64,000 nucleotides of DNA from an uncultured Candidatus Binatia bacterium (lineage in GTDB: Bacteria > Desulfobacterota > Binatia > UBA9968 > JAJDTQ01): positions 2,720,001 to 2,784,000 of the forward strand of contig OZ244070.1 in assembly GCA_965215605.1 (NCBI GenBank). The letters run 5' to 3'. Positions 60,243-64,000 of the stretch are shown piece by piece. Made by a program: the position numbers and the translations under genes. Position 1 is the stretch's first letter; each line of letters opens with the position of its first letter. The notes beneath the pieces are model-generated. The model ran no database searches and had not been told where the DNA came from. It saw nothing but the letters and a program-made list of their open reading frames with translations.

Positions 60243-60272
60243 AATCTATGAGACGCCGCACGGGGGTGTCAA
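60243..60272 (-). promoter_or_regulatory. Putative sigma70 promoter for the leftward dehydrogenase-hydratase-CoA transferase operon
   Basis: Minus strand TTGACA-N18-TAGATT. Confidence 0.4.
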
Positions 60273-60338
60273 GACTGGTCCGGTTCCGGGAGCCGCGCCC
60301 CGGGAAGAACGCTTTCACGCCAACCCACAGGAGTTCGC

Positions 60339-61511
60339 ATGAAGATCACCGACATCACGATCCTGCGGCTACGCGCGCCCATGGGCGCCATGGGCCGGGT
60401 GGAGAGCCGCACAGGGGTGCGGACCCACCGGTATGGATTCCTCGTGGAGGTCCATACCGATGAGGGAGTGACCGGCGTGGGGTCGTGCTCCGGCAACGGC
60501 CTGGTGCTGGAAACCATCGTCACCCACGTGCTCAAACCGCTACTCGTCGGCATGGACCCCTTGGCCATCGAGGAGGTCTGGGACACGGCCTATTTCCGCG
60601 CCGGCGTTCGCGCCTTCGGCTCCAGGGGGGTCGGTGTGGTGGCTCTCAGCGGCGTGGACATCGCCTTGTGGGACATCGCCGGCAAGGTGAAGGGCGTGCC
60701 GGTGTACGAGCTACTGGGCGGCAAACGCCGGGACCCGGTGGAGGTCTATGCCACCGCGCTCTATCCCGAGGAGACCGGCGCCGCGGTGGAGAAGGCCGAG
60801 AAGCTGGCGGAACGCGGCTTCCACGGCATCAAGATCAAGGTGGGCTTCGACTTGGCCCAGGACGTCGGGATCGTCAGCGCCGTGCGGTCGGCCCTGGGAC
60901 CCGATTTCCCGCTCATGACAGACGCCAACCAGGGCTACGGGCTGGACGTGGCCTTGGCCGCCGCCGCGGCGTTCGAGAAGCTCGGCATCGGCTGGCTGGA
61001 GGAGCCCCTGTTCATGGAGGACGTGGCCGGCCACGCGCAGCTCAAGGCCCGTTCCGGCGTCCCCGTGGCCCTGGGCGAGAACCTCCATACCCGCTTCGCC
61101 TTCGAGTCGTTCATGGCCCGCGACGCCGTCGACGTGCTCCAGCCCGACGTCGCCCGGGCCGGCGGCATCAGCGAGGTGCGCACCATCGCCGCCCTGGCCG
61201 CCCAACAGGGCCTCCCGGTCTCGCTCCACACCTACGGCGACGGCATCGCCCTGGCCGCCAGCCTGCATCTGGCCGCCGCGCTGGACAACAGCGCCGTCAT
61301 GGAGTTCGACTACAACGAGAACCCGCTCCGCAGCGGCCTGCTCCTGGAGCCCCTGGAGCCCAAGAACGGCGTCATGCGCCCGCCCGACGCCCCCGGCCTC
61401 GGCGTCACCCTGGACCCCGAAGCGCTCCAGCGCTACCACTTCGAGGGCGGTGGAGACCTTGCGCTCTGGCGGCGGACGTTGCGCGATGTGGCGGAGTCTC
61501 CCCGTGATTGA
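60339..61511 (+). CDS. Mandelate racemase/muconate lactonizing enzyme family protein
   Basis: SGVDIALWD, KIK, DANQ, EEP, GEN, QPD, PGLG. Confidence 0.92.
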   Translation: MKITDITILRLRAPMGAMGRVESRTGVRTHRYGFLVEVHTDEGVTGVGSCSGNGLVLETIVTHVLKPLLVGMDPLAIEEVWDTAYFRAGVRAFGSRGVGVVALSGVDIALWDIAGKVKGVPVYELLGGKRRDPVEVYATALYPEETGAAVEKAEKLAERGFHGIKIKVGFDLAQDVGIVSAVRSALGPDFPLMTDANQGYGLDVALAAAAAFEKLGIGWLEEPLFMEDVAGHAQLKARSGVPVALGENLHTRFAFESFMARDAVDVLQPDVARAGGISEVRTIAALAAQQGLPVSLHTYGDGIALAASLHLAAALDNSAVMEFDYNENPLRSGLLLEPLEPKNGVMRPPDAPGLGVTLDPEALQRYHFEGGGDLALWRRTLRDVAESPRD

Positions 61512-62007
61512 CGCCGCCTACTGGATTGACCATCTCAGCCTCGAACCCCATCCCGAAGGCGGCCACTTCAAGGAGATCTATCGGTCCCCGGTCGCGGTGC
61601 CGGACGGGGTGCTGCCGGGCTACGACGGTCCCCGCGACCTCGGCACCTCCATCTATTTCCTGTTACGGGACGAAGAGTTCTCCGCCCTCCACCGCATCAA
61701 GCAGGACGAACTGTGGCACTTTTACGCTGGCTCGAGTCTGACCGTGCACATCATCGACGCCGCCGGCGATTACGCGCCTATCAGCATGGGCCCGGATCCG
61801 GAGGCGGGCCAGTGCCTGCAAGCGCTGGTGCCCGGCGGCTGGCTGTTCGGCGCCTCCCTGGACGGCGGCGAGGGCTACACCCTCGTGGGTTGCACCTGCG
61901 TCCCCGGCTTCGACTTCGCCGATTTCGAGATGCCCCCGAGGGAAGAGTTGCTCGGGCGCTACCCGCAGCACCGCGAGCTCATCCACCGACTCACGCGCGC
62001 TTCGTGA
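61504..62007 (+). CDS. Cupin, DUF985 family
   Basis: LEPHPEGG, TSIYFLL, HRIKQDELWHFY, PGFDFADF. Confidence 0.9.
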   Translation: MIDAAYWIDHLSLEPHPEGGHFKEIYRSPVAVPDGVLPGYDGPRDLGTSIYFLLRDEEFSALHRIKQDELWHFYAGSSLTVHIIDAAGDYAPISMGPDPEAGQCLQALVPGGWLFGASLDGGEGYTLVGCTCVPGFDFADFEMPPREELLGRYPQHRELIHRLTRAS

Positions 62008-62062
62008 TTTGTTGCCGAAGCGTTAGACTTGGAGAGAATCAAGTTACGGGGGAGAGCGACTC

Positions 62063-62926
62063 ATGACCACCAAACGCGAAGTGCGCATCGGCTGTGTCCA
62101 GACGCCGGCGCTGGCGACCTTCGACGAGGCCATCGAAGCGGCCCGCCGTCTGGCCGGCGACGCGGTGGCGGCTGGCGCCGAGTTGGTGTGCCTGCCCGAG
62201 TTCTGCGGCGGCCTCGCGACCGAGAACGGCGTGCTCAAGCCCCCGGCCGCGCCGGAATCGAGCCACCCGGTGCTGGAGGCGTTGCGCGCCTTCACCCGCG
62301 ATGCCGGCGTGTGGATGCTCATCGGCTCCGTGGCAGTGGACGGGCCCGGCGGCCGCCTCATCAACCGCGGCTTGCTGGTTGACGACACAGGGGCCGTCCG
62401 CGCCCGCTACGACAAGATCCATCTTTTCGACGTCGACCTCTCCGAAACCGAGCGCTACCGTGAGTCCGCGGTCGTCAGTCCCGGCCAGCATGCCGTGGTG
62501 GCGGACACCCCTTGGGGCCGCCTCGGCATGACCACATGCTACGACCTGCGCTTCCCCCACCTCTACCGCTCGCTCGCCCAGGCCGGTGCCGAGATCCTGG
62601 CGGTGCCCGCGGCTTTCACCAAGGTCACTGGAGAGGCTCACTGGCACGTGCTGAACCGCGCCCGCGCCATCGAGAACGGCACCGTCGTGGTGGCTCCCTG
62701 CTCCGTCGGCCCCGTGCCCGGGGGTGGCGCGGTCTACGGCCACTCGCTCATCGTCTCCCCCTGGGGCGAGATCCTCGCCGAGGGCGGCGACGGCGTCGGG
62801 GTCATCGTCGCCGCCGTCGACATGGAGAGCGTCGCCAGCGTCCGCGAACGCGTGCCGAGCCTGCGGCACGACCGGCCCTTCAGTCAGCCAGCCCATCCGT
62901 TGCCGGATCGACGTTCGGTGGCGTGA
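62063..62926 (+). CDS. Carbon-nitrogen hydrolase (Nit1-like amidase)
   Basis: LPE, YDKIHLFDV, CYDLRFP, RARAIEN, PWG. Confidence 0.92.
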   Translation: MTTKREVRIGCVQTPALATFDEAIEAARRLAGDAVAAGAELVCLPEFCGGLATENGVLKPPAAPESSHPVLEALRAFTRDAGVWMLIGSVAVDGPGGRLINRGLLVDDTGAVRARYDKIHLFDVDLSETERYRESAVVSPGQHAVVADTPWGRLGMTTCYDLRFPHLYRSLAQAGAEILAVPAAFTKVTGEAHWHVLNRARAIENGTVVVAPCSVGPVPGGGAVYGHSLIVSPWGEILAEGGDGVGVIVAAVDMESVASVRERVPSLRHDRPFSQPAHPLPDRRSVA

Positions 62927-62950
62927 CGGGCCGTCGCAAGCGAGTTGCTC

Positions 62951-63439
62951 GTGAAAGAACTGATCATCGTACGGCACGCCAAGTCGAGCTGGAAGGACGC
63001 CGGCCTCGCCGATCGCGAAAGGCCTCTCAACAAAAGGGGTGAACGCGACGCGCCCGAGATGGGGGCACGGCTGGCACGGCGCAAGTACAGGCCGGATCTG
63101 ATCGTGTCGAGTCCGGCGGTACGGGCTCTGACGACGGCGCGGATCATCGCCAAGACGCTCGGCTACCCGCGCAAGGACATCGTGGTAAACGACCGGCTTT
63201 ACGGCGCCGGCATCGTCGAACTGCTCGATGTGATCCGCAACACGGACGAGTCTGTGGCGACACTGATGTTGTTCGGCCACAACCCCGGGCTGACCGAGCT
63301 GGCCAATCACTTGGGGCTACGGCCGATCGCGAACCTGCCCACCTGCGGCGTGCTGCATCTCAGGTTCCATCCCGACACTTGGTTCGTCGTCGGACATGTC
63401 CTGGGCGGCGAGGTGCTGTTCGACTTCCCCAAAAGTTAG
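62951..63439 (+). CDS. SixA-like histidine phosphatase
   Basis: RHAKS, RPLNKRG, SSPAVRA, GHNPG. Confidence 0.9.
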   Translation: MKELIIVRHAKSSWKDAGLADRERPLNKRGERDAPEMGARLARRKYRPDLIVSSPAVRALTTARIIAKTLGYPRKDIVVNDRLYGAGIVELLDVIRNTDESVATLMLFGHNPGLTELANHLGLRPIANLPTCGVLHLRFHPDTWFVVGHVLGGEVLFDFPKS

Positions 63440-63571
63440 CCCACGCGTCACTCCACGCTTCTCAATTTCCCCGCCACGAATTTGTGGGGAACGCTCCCCA
63501 TGGTGTGTGCCTTTTGTCAACGTCTGTATTCGCCCGCGTGTTGCCCTTCCAGCCGTTCCAGGTGTCGCGCC

Positions 63572-64000
63572 CTACTGAAAATCCCGGCTCTTCCTCCTCA
63601 CTGGCTCCGCGCCTATCTCCGGCTGCCATACCGACTCCACGACGATGTGGACCACGTTGGATTCGTTCTGCAGGGGGCCGCTGACGCCCATGAAGGAGAG
63701 GGTCTTGACGGGGACGTGGAACCGTTCATAGACGTCGCGCCACACGATGACGTTGACGAAGCCGGTTTCGTCCTCGAGGGTCATGAAGATGACGCCCCGG
63801 GCGGTCTTGGGGCGCTGGCGGCAGATGACGATGCCGGCGTAGTCCACGCGGCGGCCGTGGGGCATGCGCTGCACGGCGGCGGCGTCGGGAAGGCCCCGGG
63901 CGGCGATCCGCCGGCGCAGGTGGACGAGTGGATGGCCCCGGGGGCTGTGATCGGCGGTGCGGTAGTCCCAGACGATGGACTCGAGGCCGCTCAGGGGCTC
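63572..64000 (-). CDS. dnaE2: Error-prone DNA polymerase III alpha, C-terminal OB domain (partial)
   Basis: AGIVICRQRPKTARGVIFMTLEDETGFVNVIVW and C-terminal SRDF signature. Confidence 0.88.
   Translation of the reverse strand, partial: EPLSGLESIVWDYRTADHSPRGHPLVHLRRRIAARGLPDAAAVQRMPHGRRVDYAGIVICRQRPKTARGVIFMTLEDETGFVNVIVWRDVYERFHVPVKTLSFMGVSGPLQNESNVVHIVVESVWQPEIGAEPVRRKSRDFQ

Overview
High-GC bacterial chromosomal window. The gene order (yggS-yggT, secG-tRNA-Leu, tol-pal, rpsB-tsf-pyrH-frr-uppS-cdsA-dxr-rseP, ilvBNC-psd-pssA-leuAB-asd-truA-leuCD) resembles Deltaproteobacteria-like lineages; this is inference only. The most notable region is a visibly more AT-rich insert of about 9.5 kb between yggT and the 3' end of tRNA-Leu(GAG), at about 1467-11037. 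It encodes a squalene epoxidase fused to an oxidosqualene cyclase (DCTAE motif, unusual product-determining residues), a GPP34/GOLPH3-like domain fused to an atypical cytochrome P450, and a convergent MMPL/RND lipid transporter. This looks like a compact bacterial sterol/triterpenol make-modify-export module, bordered by mobile debris (MITE-like repeat, group II intron RT fragment, Calx-beta fragment, truncated toxin-like gene). The middle of the window is housekeeping, with a candidate leucine attenuator inside pssA and a probable ATC start for psd. The right third is a catabolic region of unknown substrate (TTT transporter, UbiD, SDR, acetone-carboxylase/hydantoinase-like pair, citryl-CoA lyase, CoA transferase, enolase superfamily). 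All assignments come from motif recognition by eye; no database searches were run.
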